Notes: generated from the sequence alone by a model not told the origin. DNA of 64,000 bases from Octopus bimaculoides (GCF_001194135.2 NC_068995.1:50677088-50741087); one strand, 5' to 3'. Counted from the first letter of the stretch, positions 23,412-35,144 are shown. Program-made: numbers and translations.

Positions 23412-24204
23412 TAATAAATAAAATGCTGATGAAAAGGTGTTAATACGTTAACTAATAATGTGAAGGTAACTATATACGTTTATATACCTGAAGCAGTTTG
23501 TGCATGTGTGTGTTGGTTTGAAGCAGGTTTTAATCTATTATTACTTACTTTTAGTGTTCCTGCTTCGACTAAGTCAAAACTTCAAATAACAGAATGAAAT
23601 CTCAGCTTCAAATTACATAACACCCACACATCTTTCCATATATTTGCTCGGTCGGGGCTGACTACGTGAATATTGATTTCTAAACACTGGCAAAAAGGCC
23701 AGAGCACCGAATATTAGATCAATCTCGTTACTTTTAGTGGTACTTAACTTATTGATTCGTTGAATGGAGAAATGAAAATTCGATCCTGGCAAGATTTGAA
23801 ATGAGACCGTAAAACAACGAAACTGAATACCACGAGACATTTTCTTTGCTGGTCGCCCACGCGATTTTGAAAGCCAATGCTCCGGTATACCTTCACAATG
23901 TAATAGTTTGGATAGAAGTCATAGAGACTTTAGTCTCTCTCTATCACCTTTCAACAGCATTTTTAATGAAGAGACATTAGAACAATTAACAACATAATAA
24001 AAAGGTTTATTTATGATGATGCTTGGTTTCGCAATACCTGTCATTCAGCTTAGCAGCCGCTGATTAAATTATAGTTGGTATTGGAAAGTTAAGGGCTTCC
24101 TTGATGACTGCCAGAGAAAGGTGTGGAGCAGCGAGGTGTTGTCATGAAGGAGATCTGCGCTCAACTAAACTCGCTAAGAAAATGAGACTGCTTAAGTAAG
24201 AGTT

Positions 24205-24290
24205 TTACTACACATGCGCAACTCTAGGGGGTTCCGGTGGTGAAGTCCCCTGTGCATGCGCAGAATAGTACTTCTTCAATGGCGGCTATA
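24205..24290 (+). promoter_or_regulatory. Putative housekeeping-type promoter/TSS
   Basis: ACATGCGCA (24212) and TGCATGCGCA (24253), both NRF1-like; TTCCGG (24232), ETS-like; AATGGCGGC (24278), YY1-like and overlapping an ATG. Lies at the edge of a CpG-retaining domain. Confidence 0.5.
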
Positions 24291-24838
24291 ATTTCACGCT
24301 ACTACAACAACATTACTGTTAGATATATTTTTACTAACTTTCTCGGTTGGTGTGGAGATTTTGGGAAAACTACAAAAAATATCAAATTATGCAATGCATC
24401 GTAGAGGACAACTTCAAAATTCTTGAATTCCTAAGTCACGGAAACCCAAACTTTTTATCTTTTTATGCAACATGTGGCTATGCTAGATCACTGCCTAGTA
24501 CTTTTATCTTAAAGCCTGTTGGTCTCTTTTGCCGAACCGCTAAATTACGGGGCATAAGCAAACCAACGTCAGTTTTCAAGCAGTGGTGGACACACGCAGT
24601 TTACTCTAAACGTTTTTGACAAAAGTTCGTATTTTAGAAGTTATTTCGTGTTAAAGTTGTCGTATTTGGGTAATTTCAACCAATCAACGATGTGTATTCG
24701 GTTGAAGAAAGCTACTGCTGTTTGCGATAGTAATCGAAGTAATCTCTTACTGAGATACCATTCCCCATTGTGTAACTCAGTGTTTCCAGTCACCTTTTAT
24801 TTCCATGTATTCTCATTCCTCTACACTTGTTTGGTTAG

Positions 24839-24885
24839 AATGCTTGCAACTGAATTAAACTCTGATAAAGACACCTCAGGATCAG
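24839..24885 (+). other. Candidate 47-nt exon (MLATELNSDKDTSGS)
   Basis: Pyrimidine tract + TTAG|A acceptor, CAG|GTGAGG donor, single open frame, about 550 bp downstream of the putative promoter. Confidence 0.3.
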
Positions 24886-25469
24886 GTGAGGATTGAAACC
24901 AGGCACCATGTGTGTGTGTGTGTTTTCATTGTTTGAAGTTGATTCAATAAACTACACTCCTGCCCTCATAAACTAAGGCCTTATTACATCTATTGAAATC
25001 TTTATTGCAATAACTGTAATTGAAAAGTTCATTTCATTCTCCACCTTAATATTAACAGCTTTGAAAGGAAAAAGAAAGAATGAAAGAGGTGTGATGTGTA
25101 ACACACTAGAGGATCTTTAAAGCCTCTAAGTACCATAAAATAAATTATGTTCTGAATAAGAATGTCTTTCAGCAATACAGAAGTGTGCGGAGAAGAAGTA
25201 AACTTTTCTTAAAGCAAAATATTGAACAGAGTAGCCTAGTTCAATCCCCAATCAAACAAGTGAAAAATTAAGAAATATACCAGCCTTGACCTTTTCATCT
25301 TTTTACCAAATATTATTTAATTGGACGAACATTATCCAATGAATCCCTTCTATTAAAATAATCAAGTGCAATTTAAGGGAGATTTGACTGCTTTTTGTCT
25401 TCTAGCAAACATGGAGAGGTCCCTGCAGTCACTAAAGGTGACAGAGGACTTCCCCTTAATTGACCCCCT

Positions 25470-25800
25470 CCACTCACTGGCTCAGTAGAGGTTCCACCCA
25501 CCCCTACCTATTTGGCTTGGTAGAAGTTCCTCTACTTGTTAGTTCAACAGAGGCTCCCTGCACTTGTCAGCTCAGCAGAGACTCCCTTAAATCATAAGAC
25601 CCCACCCCCACCCCACCCGTACTTGTTGGTTAAGCAGAGATTCACACTACCACTCATCAGCTCAGCAAAAGTTTCCCTTCATACTCATCAGCTCAGTAGA
25701 GACCCCTTCCTCACTGGCTCGGCAGAAACTCCACTTAGCTTGGCAACAGCTAACCTGTCACAGACTCAGTAGAAGCTCTCTCTCTTGGCTCTAGCAAAGT
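25470..25800. repeat. Degenerate ~27-30 bp minisatellite (~11 units)
   Basis: Variants of ACTC(A/G)TC(A/G)GCTCAGCAGAGACTCCC at about 25471, 25533, 25561, 25620, 25650, 25681, 25709 and 25757. Confidence 0.7.
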
Positions 25801-27145
25801 TGGTAATTCTTACTGGTACTATAGAAACTAAGTTATTACCTGTATTTTCATTAAGCCACACTTCCTAACCATACAGAATCAATAAAATACAGTAAGAACA
25901 TGAATAAAAGGTACAACATACAGCCACCATAGCTTAATTTATAGATCTGGCTCTTTGTTGATGTATTTATTACTGTTATAGAGTTTCTATATCACAAATA
26001 CAGTACAGTGCCAGCTTGATCTATATTATTACTTCATCTATTGTTAAAGTTATAACATGATCCAACCAGCTTTATATGTAAATACACTATTATTACTCAT
26101 ATGAAAGAGTTCTTTAAATACAGTTACAGTCTGATCATCTCTTTTACTGCAAAAAGTAAAGGGACACACACATGTACATACATACACAAACACACACACA
26201 CACACTCATCCAAGCAAATACACACGAACAAACGCTTATCTGCAAATACACACACACACACACACACACATAAATAAATACAGGCATGCGCAAAACACAC
26301 ATTGAGAAGTACAAACAGTATTTTCTTTTTTATTGACTTTGACAGGCATAGAAGAGAAACACTCATAATCTTTTTCAACCCAGCTCTGAACCCCTATTCA
26401 TCCCACCCACAACACGACTGGTGGGAACTTATCTTCAAACCAGAGACTAGGCCGAAATATAGGCAGTTATCTTCAGACCAGAAACCTAGCACAAATATTA
26501 GCAACTGAGAGAACTCTGCTAGAGACACTCAAACATGCATAGTCTCACACACACGTGCATGTATACCCAAACACATGCCCAGTTCACCAGGTTATGTTTT
26601 CACTGCTATTTTATCTATCTAATTACTAGATATCAACCGCCACCTACCTAATTAACAAACATCAACCTACCTATCCATATATTTATATTAACAGTCATTG
26701 GTGCAGTCAAAGATGCATGCACCCCAAAATACTTCCAATCTGTTAAGGGGCACCAAGCTTATATCATGTAGTTAAGTAGGCGGCTGTTTGGGTTGCTTGT
26801 TATATATATATATATATATATAAAATAGGGAACAGCTACTACTACTACTACTACTACTACTTATAGTAATTTCTTGACACAAGCATTTTTGACTCGATCA
26901 CATAACAATATCCAGTTTCATGGTGTTTGCTTTCTCTTTCGCACATATTGCGTGTGTGTATGTACATGTTCAGATGTGTAGAAATGAGAGAAAAATATGT
27001 AGTTTATGCAATTATTGGAAGCTGAGGCTTTATTCTGTTGCTACTCTAAGTTTCTTGTTACTATCATGTGTGTATGTATGTGTGTGTGCTTGTGCATGGT
27101 GGGGGAGAAATACAGACACATAGATATATATATTTATATACATAT

Positions 27146-27283
27146 ACAACAAGCCTCTTACAGTTTCCAGCCACCAAATCCACTCACGAGCTTTGATTGG
27201 CTGCGGGCTATAGTAGAAGACATTTGTCCAAGGTACCATGCAGTTGGGAAGCAAACTTCCGACCACACAGCCATGCCTGCACC
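27146..27283 (-). mobile_element. SINE family A head
   Basis: ...GACCACACAGCCATGCCTGCACC is the reverse complement of the head. Confidence 0.75.
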
Positions 27284-27445
27284 CATTTGGATTTTTTTTT
27301 TAAGATTGCTGCATCAATAATGATTTATTTCCTGCTATATAGAGTTGGATTAGGTCTCAGCTCTAGTTGTGACAAAGCACTTTAACACTTCAAACATTTG
27401 AGTAATAATTGTAAAAAAGAACAGTAACAGATCACCGAAACTTTT

Positions 27446-27476
<31 letters not shown>

Positions 27477-29089
27477 CTTCACTCACTCACAGATACACTC
27501 ACACCTCCCTCCTAAAATCAATTATCAAGTGAGGTAAATAGCTTTAATAAATACAGGATGAAGAAAAAAATATAAACCTGAAACACGTTTTTTAATATTC
27601 TAAAAAGCACTCTTTACAAAATGAGTTAGCATTTACAGGATTCATTTCTCAGCTATTAAGTAAAATATTTTCTTTTTTTTTTTCTCTTCACAAAATAATC
27701 TAACTTTTACATCTGTATAAAAATATACACGAATATATATATATTTTTATACAGGTGAATATAGTAAAGTTCCAGTCAAGTACTGAAGTCAAAGGTATCA
27801 ACTTACCTCCTCCACTTAAAACTGATGGCTTTGTGCCATAATTAAAAGAAATTATTATATGGTAAAAAGGAACGGTAGCATTACATCACTGAAGAATTAG
27901 TCGTTGCATTGACTTCTGATTCATGCCTGGAACCAATATCAGTTCATTCACTTTCCTATCCTTCCTTTATCCAACCAAACTTTAGACATTGTACAATGAC
28001 AAATCAGGTTTAATTTTTGATATTCCTTAATGGCACATTATGAAGATATTGTAAGTGAGAAAGGTCAATCATCTCAACAAATCCCTAATCACCAGGTATT
28101 ACTGAGCTTTTGTATGGTTGCCCAAACTGCTACACTAGAAATAGTAGCCAAATCTCCCTTAAATAACATGCCATTGTCCTATAAAGGAAAGGCACATTAG
28201 ATAAGGTAACCTTGGAAACTCCTAAAAAATTATGTGATGATCATGGCTAGAATGCCTTAAGCATCAAACAACGCAGTCCTGAGTTCAATTTCAGTCAACA
28301 AGTGACAACCATGTGTATTCTAATCAAGTGAAACTAATTAATGAATTAAAATCAACAAGAATACATGTTCTTCTTGCAAGAAGGAGGAAATTAGTTTTAA
28401 TGAATACTGAACATCAAATATTTCACGAAAATGAGCTCCATCTTTTGTCTTCTTTTGTGCAACAGATGAAATGGAGAGAGAGAGAGAGAGAGAAACGCAT
28501 ACTTCTTTTCTCACCAATATGATTGCCAACTTACTGGTCAGACGTGACTAAATTCTTGTACAAGATTCCCAATTGTAAAGAAAAGAAAAATATAACTAAA
28601 AGAAGAAAAATATAAAGAAAAAAAATTGTGACAATATTTGATGTGAACAGAGTTTACAAGTCCAAACATTGGTTTCTATTGACAGGACACAAAGTGCTGC
28701 TAGTGGTGGTGGTGGTGGAGGAGGAATGCTGCAATGCTAAGATCTTAGTGGCTTGAAATGCACTACAGTGACTCGAAACATTGTATACGACCCAATGCCA
28801 CAGAGATGTCACTCAGCACACTGCACATGCAACTGTGTGCTGCCATCTGTTGGCACACTAGAGAACTAGTCCGGAAACTCTTTTGATACCACCTCGTTGA
28901 AGCTTCAGTTTACTATATACATCCTTATGCCATCTACATTATGACTAGATGTTCTATATAGCATTATGGCTGTTCAACTATAGCAATCCAAAAACACTGC
29001 TTCAGTGATGATGACTTGTGAGGTCATGATCATCATCATCATCAGCATCATAGTAAGAAAAAAATCAATAGTAACAGTAATATTGACAA

Positions 29090-29290
29090 AGACTGGCAGT
29101 GGATTGGTAAAAACCATTGAAGTGTCAGAGAAAATGTCCTGTAGTAAAGGATTCTGAGTTCAAATCCTACCATAGTGAACTTTGCTTTTCATCCTTCAGA
29201 AGTCAATAAGGTAAAGTACCAGTGAAGTACTGGGATTGAATTAATTGAGTAACCTATCTCGAAATTGCTGATCTTGTGTCTAAATTAAGA
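29090..29290 (+). mobile_element. SINE family B (CpG-decayed copy)
   Basis: ATTCTGAGTTCAAATCCTACCATAGTGAACTTTGCTTTTCATCC...AAAGTACCAGTG. Confidence 0.7.
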
Positions 29291-29297
29291 TGATGAT

Positions 29298-29332
<35 letters not shown>

Positions 29333-29739
29333 CGCAGCAGCAGTATCTCCCATTTGTTGCTGATTCCCTACTCCTGACAGATGACACCTTTGTACTACTC
29401 AGGCGACAACCCTTCACCTGTTGGTGAGGGTTTTACAAGGTCAGAGTACAAATCCTACCTCAACCTCTTTTAGTCACCTTTTACAACACACAGAGGAAAC
29501 ATTGGGTTTATTCTTTGGCACGTCAGTCCCCACACAGCACCAAAGTAGCATGATGTGAAGCGTTCTGCTCAAGAACACAACATGCTGCCTGAACCAGGCA
29601 TCATGAGGGAAACTCAAAAAAGTTCTTCTCATAATCTTAACAGAAATTTCTCTCAGATTTTTAGATAAAAAAAAGATACGATATTTTTCTATCTTTCCAA
29701 ATCCTGCTGCATTTCACATGGAGTTTTTGGTCCTCCAAA

Positions 29740-29827
29740 GCCATCTCAGTGTATAAAGTCAACTTACCATTTTTGGTTGCAAATTTTGGTCTGAAAAGTT
29801 TGACTTGTATACTGGAAAATACAGCAT
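29740..29827. mobile_element. Terminal remnant of a Tigger/pogo-like MITE
   Basis: GTGTATAAAGTCAAC...GACTTGTATACTGGAAAATACAGCATA resembles Tigger-type ends (GACTTATA...AAAATACGGTA). Confidence 0.4.
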
Positions 29828-30249
29828 ATCGAAATGGAGAATATCATATAACTGTTAAGAGTAGGATTTAATTTGCAGCTTATATTAACAAATGTGGTCT
29901 CATAGGTGGAAGTAGGACACCAGGTGTGCACTACAAGATCAACTATTCACCTACTAGAAAACCTACTGCATGGCGTGGGCTGAACATTACTAAATAAACT
30001 TGACCTATATGTGAACCTCTGTGCACCAACAATGCCCAAACTAACAAATTTCACACTTTCCCCCTCACACATATGCACACACACTGAAAGTGAAATGTAA
30101 TATGCATGGATTGATAGATTTATCCTGTTTGTACTGTAGAAGCAACAGTTTTAGTTATTTTTGTATATTTTTATGCTAACAATAGTTACAGCATGGGACA
30201 TAGAGAATTAAAACACAAAAGTTGCTTCAAAACAGAGTATGTGCATATA

Positions 30250-30285
<36 letters not shown>

Positions 30286-30899
30286 TACATATATGTGAGC
30301 CACTGTTGACATATAATCCAGTGCAAGCTGTGACATGGCTCAGTCATAGGCAATTAAAACCATCACTCCCATCAGAGAAGTCTGGTGAAGGGTAATGTTA
30401 GGAACCAAACAGAGCAATAAACAAGACCAGCAAAAAAGACAGGATGAATCCATATATGGTCAACAACAATCTAATGTCGGTACAGGGATTTAGAAATTCC
30501 AAGTTGCAGTCTACCATGCTATAAGACGAACAGGGGTCAGCCCTCATTAGTTTCCATTAAAGCCCTTCTCAAGAAGAAAATTACTCTGATGTAAAAGTCC
30601 ATTGAGCAGCAAATAGTCTTGATAATTTGGAAATTTGAAGATCATGATGACCCCATCATGCCAGTACAGCAGACAGAGCGTATGAGGAGCTGCACAAGCC
30701 TTATCAAACTTAAGACCCCTAATATTTCTGTATTGGTTTTACTAACTTTCTATTTAAAAACAAAATAAGCAGAATAACGTTATTCAATACATTGAAACCT
30801 TATCTTTAGTTCAGCTGAATTTACAAACAATAGGAGAAGTACTCAATGCATGAAATAAAAAGTTTATAAATTTTTCTATTAGAAATAGAGTATATATGT

Positions 30900-31507
30900 A
30901 GGCATAAGTGTTGCTCTGTGGATGAAAGCTTGCTTCCCAACCATGTGATCTGGGGTTCAATCCCACTGTGTGAAGCACCATAGATAAGTGTCTTCTACTG
31001 CAGCCCCAGGCTGACCAAAGCCTTGTGAGTGGATTTGGTAGATGGAAATTGAAAGAAGCTTGTTGTGTGCGTGTGTGTGTATTTACACCCTCGTCTAGAC
31101 ATAACGTGATGCTGTAAATGAGCATCGTCATCATCATTATAGAAGCAATGCTATTCGTTTCCAGTCTTCCATGAAAAATTTGCCTAGATATGAGAAAATA
31201 TTGCTTTGCTTGGAAACTGGATGAGGGTTGGTGACAGGAAAGGTAGCCAGCAGCTAACTGTAGAAAATCTGCCTCAACATCTGACCCTTGCAGGTGTGGA
31301 AAAGCAAGCATTAAAAGCAGGGTTGTGGAACCTTCATCGGAGTCGGAAACAATTAAGGGGTAACTGGAGTCGGAGTTGGTAAAACTCTGACTCTGATCCC
31401 GACTCACAATACCTTTATTATTTAATATAAACCAGTTCTAACATACAGGCCTCCGAGTCAAAGTTTTTTGTTTCGACTCCACAGCCCTGATTAAAAGGAT
31501 GATGAGA
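30900..31507 (+). mobile_element. SINE family A with tail type 2, carrying a nested hAT MITE
   Basis: Head 30900-31060, tail 31085-31317, GATGATGA resumes after 31497. Confidence 0.75.
31318..31489. mobile_element. hAT-like MITE (172 bp) with perfect 8-bp TSD
   Basis: TIRs CAGGGTTGTGGA / TCCACAGCCCTG; TSD ATTAAAAG at 31310-31317 and 31490-31497; internal GGAGTCGG/CCGACTC motifs. Confidence 0.85.
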
Positions 31508-31574
31508 TAGATAGATGCATGTGAGTGTGTATGCGTGTGTTATATACACACACTCTTTAAAAACATTCAATACA

Positions 31575-31975
31575 GATATTGCTTTTCAATAGTACAGCAC
31601 ATGCCTTTCAACATTTCTTTTATCTTCTTATCAGCATATCCATTGCCTTTACGTAGAAGTCAGAAGGTTATTTTTTTTCTAAAGCCTATCACCACCTTTC
31701 ATGTACACAGTTGTTCCATAATATTTCCGACCGTTGTGAATATCTGAATATCCAGGAATCCCCTTGGAGCAGGATGTGGACATACGGAATCATTGAGAAT
31801 AGATTGCCATTGCCAATTCTTTCCAGCTTTAAATAAAGACAGTCTTGTTTGTGTTCAAGTATTGGCGGCATATAAATAAAGAAAACGGAAGATTTCTCAA
31901 TAATGCCAGAATCTATTGATTGATTTTCTTTGTCAACAAAACACCATTTTCTCACAAAACCAGATAACACACTTC
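31575..31975 (-). pseudogene. Fossil mariner transposase, C-terminal part
   Basis: Frameshifted minus-strand pieces KINQ*ILALLRN, KLERIG...IPYVHILL and PSDFYVKAMDMLIRR*KKC resemble mariner TINSEYY..LL, L..LGWE.L.HPPYSPDL and FY..GI..L..RW.KC. Judged by eye. Confidence 0.5.
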
Positions 31976-32620
31976 CATTAAAAAAATATCTTTTTTTTTT
32001 ATTGTTTCTTTTTAAAAAAATTAGCCTTTTATAGAATAACTTCTACTCCACTCAATTTTGCTTTGATTATGCAAGAAATTAAAAATGAATGCTGTTTCAT
32101 CTTTGTGGCAAAAGTAGCTATTGAATTTTTCATAGAATTCTTCCAGACATTTTTCTTGTGATCTGTTACTATGGTGACGGTTGCATCTGACCAAGTTTAT
32201 TGGGTACCAGTCAGCTGACCAAATAGTTGATGGTTCATGTCAGCCATGTTATGCAATGCAGTCACCCAGCAAAACCTCTTTCAATATCCTGGGTCAACCA
32301 AACTGTGAGAGAGAGTGTTTATGTGTGTACGTTCACATGCATGTGTGTCTTTTATTTAAGGGATAGCAGGAGAACAATATATAAGAGATGAATGCTCTGT
32401 TAGCTAGTAATTCTAACTTCAAAAATTGGTCGGTTCTGCTGAGCTTATTTTGTTAAGTGCAGTAGATTAAATGGCATTTCTCCATAAGAATTAATAAATA
32501 CAAGTGATCTGCAATGGTCCCAACGAAATCAAGCCAGTTACCATCAGGCCTCAGCAAGATTCTCTTTGTATTGACAGATTCTATAGGAATTGTTCAACAT
32601 TATACCACTTCCCACTCTCT

Positions 32621-32673
<53 letters not shown>

Positions 32674-33815
32674 CATATATCTGTCTATCTTCACTCTTTG
32701 TCCCGTGTTGGATCTGTCTCTGTTCCTGAATCAGACTAACAGTCTAAAAGTCTAGACCATTTCCTCACAAGGGCTCCCCCCTTAACCCACAGCTACTCAA
32801 TATAATGAGCTTTTACATATAAAGCAGACAAGGCCCCTCAATACTCAAGTCAACTCCCTCCTTCCTCTCTCCACACACACATTCACAAGTCCACAGCATC
32901 CAGTCCTCTCCACTCAGATGTATGCAATGTCACATATTTGACACAGGAATCATTTTTCTGTGAAAGGGAAGGAAGGAAGAACAAAAAAAAAGACAGAGAA
33001 AAAACTTTAAATTAAACAAAACAGAGAGAGAGAGAGAGAAAGAAAAAATAGACAGGAAAAGTGAAAATGCAAGGAAGAAACAAAAAGAGCAAGATGGAAA
33101 CAATGCCAGGAAGAGCATGGAAAAGAAGAGAAATAAAAAGATAAAGGAAATAAAGAAAAAATAGGAAGAGAGAGAGAGACTGTGTGAGTGTGTATGTAAG
33201 AAAGAATTATCTCTAATGAAGCCAGTTGTGAACCATTGCCACCACTACGGATCACAAATTATTATTCTATCTCCAGTATAACTAAGTTATAAAATATTTT
33301 ACCCATTCCACACCAGGTTTCGTAATTAGGTCGTGCAATGTGTAATAAAACTTATCACAGAAAACAATTTAGAATTAGCATTTGAAAGCAATTTCCAAGG
33401 TCAACTTGCCATGTTAAGTAAGCCACTGTAAGTTGAAAGAACATACTGTCAGAGGAGAGGTCAGTCAGGATTTTTATCTTTTAAGTGAGGGATTTATATT
33501 ATTTAAGAATCATATTTGGCATAAATTACAGTGCAGAGTGTGCTGTTGTTTGTTTTACAATATAGGTAACCTTCATTGTTGTTTATATAACAGAAGATTA
33601 ACAACTAACTGTTTCAAGCCACTACAGATGACATTTGCAATGACAGAGCCACAGAGGAAGGAAGTTACAAAGTCAGAGGTGGGGAACTTTTAGTAATGGT
33701 AGGGATAAATTGCCAGTGCATGCAAGAACATGTGAAGACACATTCTGTACTTAGAAAATAACAAATTGTTAATTTTACATATTGAACGTTATACAATTTA
33801 TATATTGCATTATGT

Positions 33816-34199
33816 GGAGGCGCAATGGCCCAGTGGTTAGGGCAGCGGACTCGCGGTCATAGGATCGCGGTTTCAATTCCCAGACTGGGCGTTGTGAGTG
33901 TTTATTGAGCGAAAACACCTAAAGCTCCACGAGGCTCCGGCAGGGATGGTGGCGAACCCTGCTGTACTCTTTCACCACAACTTTCTCTCACTCTTACTTC
34001 CTGTTTCTGTTGTGCCTGTAATTCAAAGGGTCAGCCTTGTCACACTCTGTGTCACGCTGAATATCCCCGAGAACTACATTAGGGCTACACGTGTCTGTGG
34101 AGTGCTCAGCCACTTGCACGTTAATTTCACGAGCAGGCTGTTCTGTTGATCGGATCAACTGGAACCCTCAACGTCGTAAGCGACAGAGTGCCAACAACA
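33816..34199 (+). mobile_element. Full-length tRNA-derived SINE family F (young)
   Basis: A-box TGGCCCAGTGG, B-box-like GGTTTCAATTCC, tRNA-Arg-like head, (CAA)n tail, 12-bp TSD ATTGCATTA(TG/CA)T. The described octopus OK/OR1/OR2 SINEs are candidates, but assignment needs an alignment. Confidence 0.9.
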
Positions 34200-34837
34200 A
34201 TTGCATTACATTTTTGGTCTTGGGGACTAAAGTATACTCGAGAAAAAAAAACAATAACTGGATGGTCATGACTGGAATGCTTTTGATCATAGGTCTGCTG
34301 GATCAAGCCTGTCCTAGGGTTAAACAATATGGTATGCAGTTCCACCTACAACAGAGATGTCCTAAGTGGATTACCTAGATTACCTGAGTAAACACAGCTC
34401 ATAAATTGATCCTTGCATATCTTTACTAACCCTAATCCTAACAAATAAGCAAGTTATGTCTGTAACCAGATCAAATGCCATAAACAAGGAAGGAGAAGGA
34501 GAGGGAGGGAGACAGACAGACAGAGGGAGAGAGAGGCAGAGGGACAAAGAGGAAGAGAGAAAGAGAGAGATTCAAGCATAAGAAAAAAGAAACCAGTTTT
34601 GGTTTGAGTAGAGAGTAGCAGACCTATGGCATATATGTAGAGTTGGTTATTGTTACTGTTTAGTCGCAGGAACCCAGGACAGCCCTGATTTAAGAAGACT
34701 TATGGCATGTGTTTTAGCCCCAGGATCTAAGGATAAACCTGATTTAAGCAGACCTACGGCATGTAGATAATCAGTTGTTGTTTAATCTCGGGTTAGCCTT
34801 GAGTGAGCTGAACTAAAGCATGTAAATAAATGATGAT

Positions 34838-35030
34838 ACATCAATGAGCAACCCACAGGAGCCAGTGAAGGGGCACTGGTATCAACCCCGTTTGTTGCTT
34901 TTTACATGCCACCAGCATGGGGAGCCAGTCAGGGGGCACTGGCATCGACCACATTCAGATGGTGGCTTTTACATGGCACCAGCACAGGAGCCAATCAGGG
35001 GGAACTGGCATCAACCACATTCAGATGATG
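34838..35030 (-). mobile_element. Family D internal tandem units
   Basis: GCTTTTTACATGCCACCAGCATGGGGAGCCAGTCAGGGGGCACTGGCATCGACCAC matches 6606-6760. Confidence 0.7.
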
Positions 35031-35144
35031 CTTCTTAAAAAAAAAAAGTTTAAGAAACACTGCTCTACATGTTCATTTGACCTGCTAGAGATAGCAGTCA
35101 CATATCTCTGAATCCATACCCTACAGTCTTGGTTAAAACATAAT

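Noticed and set aside
24009-24069. C/D-box snoRNA (ATGATGA...CTGA with a short terminal stem)
   Set aside because: Only about 50 nt, no clear D'/C' boxes, no rRNA complement that I can identify, and not in an evident intron.
24839-26508. Spliced 56-aa ORF joining 24839-24885 to 26384-26508 (phases are compatible)
   Set aside because: The second piece contains a 38-bp degenerate tandem duplication (not a multiple of 3) and the product resembles nothing I know; phase match alone is weak evidence.
30380-30740. Fossil reverse transcriptase (VQGFRNSK-like)
   Set aside because: Similarity limited to a few residues, with stops in all frames; cannot be supported by eye.
33625-33760. Plus-strand exon DDICNDRATEEGSYKVRGGELLVM
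   Set aside because: Two alternative frames and donors are equally plausible, with no homology and a modest pyrimidine tract.
33816-33890. tRNA-Arg gene (and tRNA-like heads at 63168, 36833, 10985)
   Set aside because: The cloverleaf is imperfect, there is no T-run terminator, and the sequence continues into a repeated body with a tail and TSD, so these are SINE heads.
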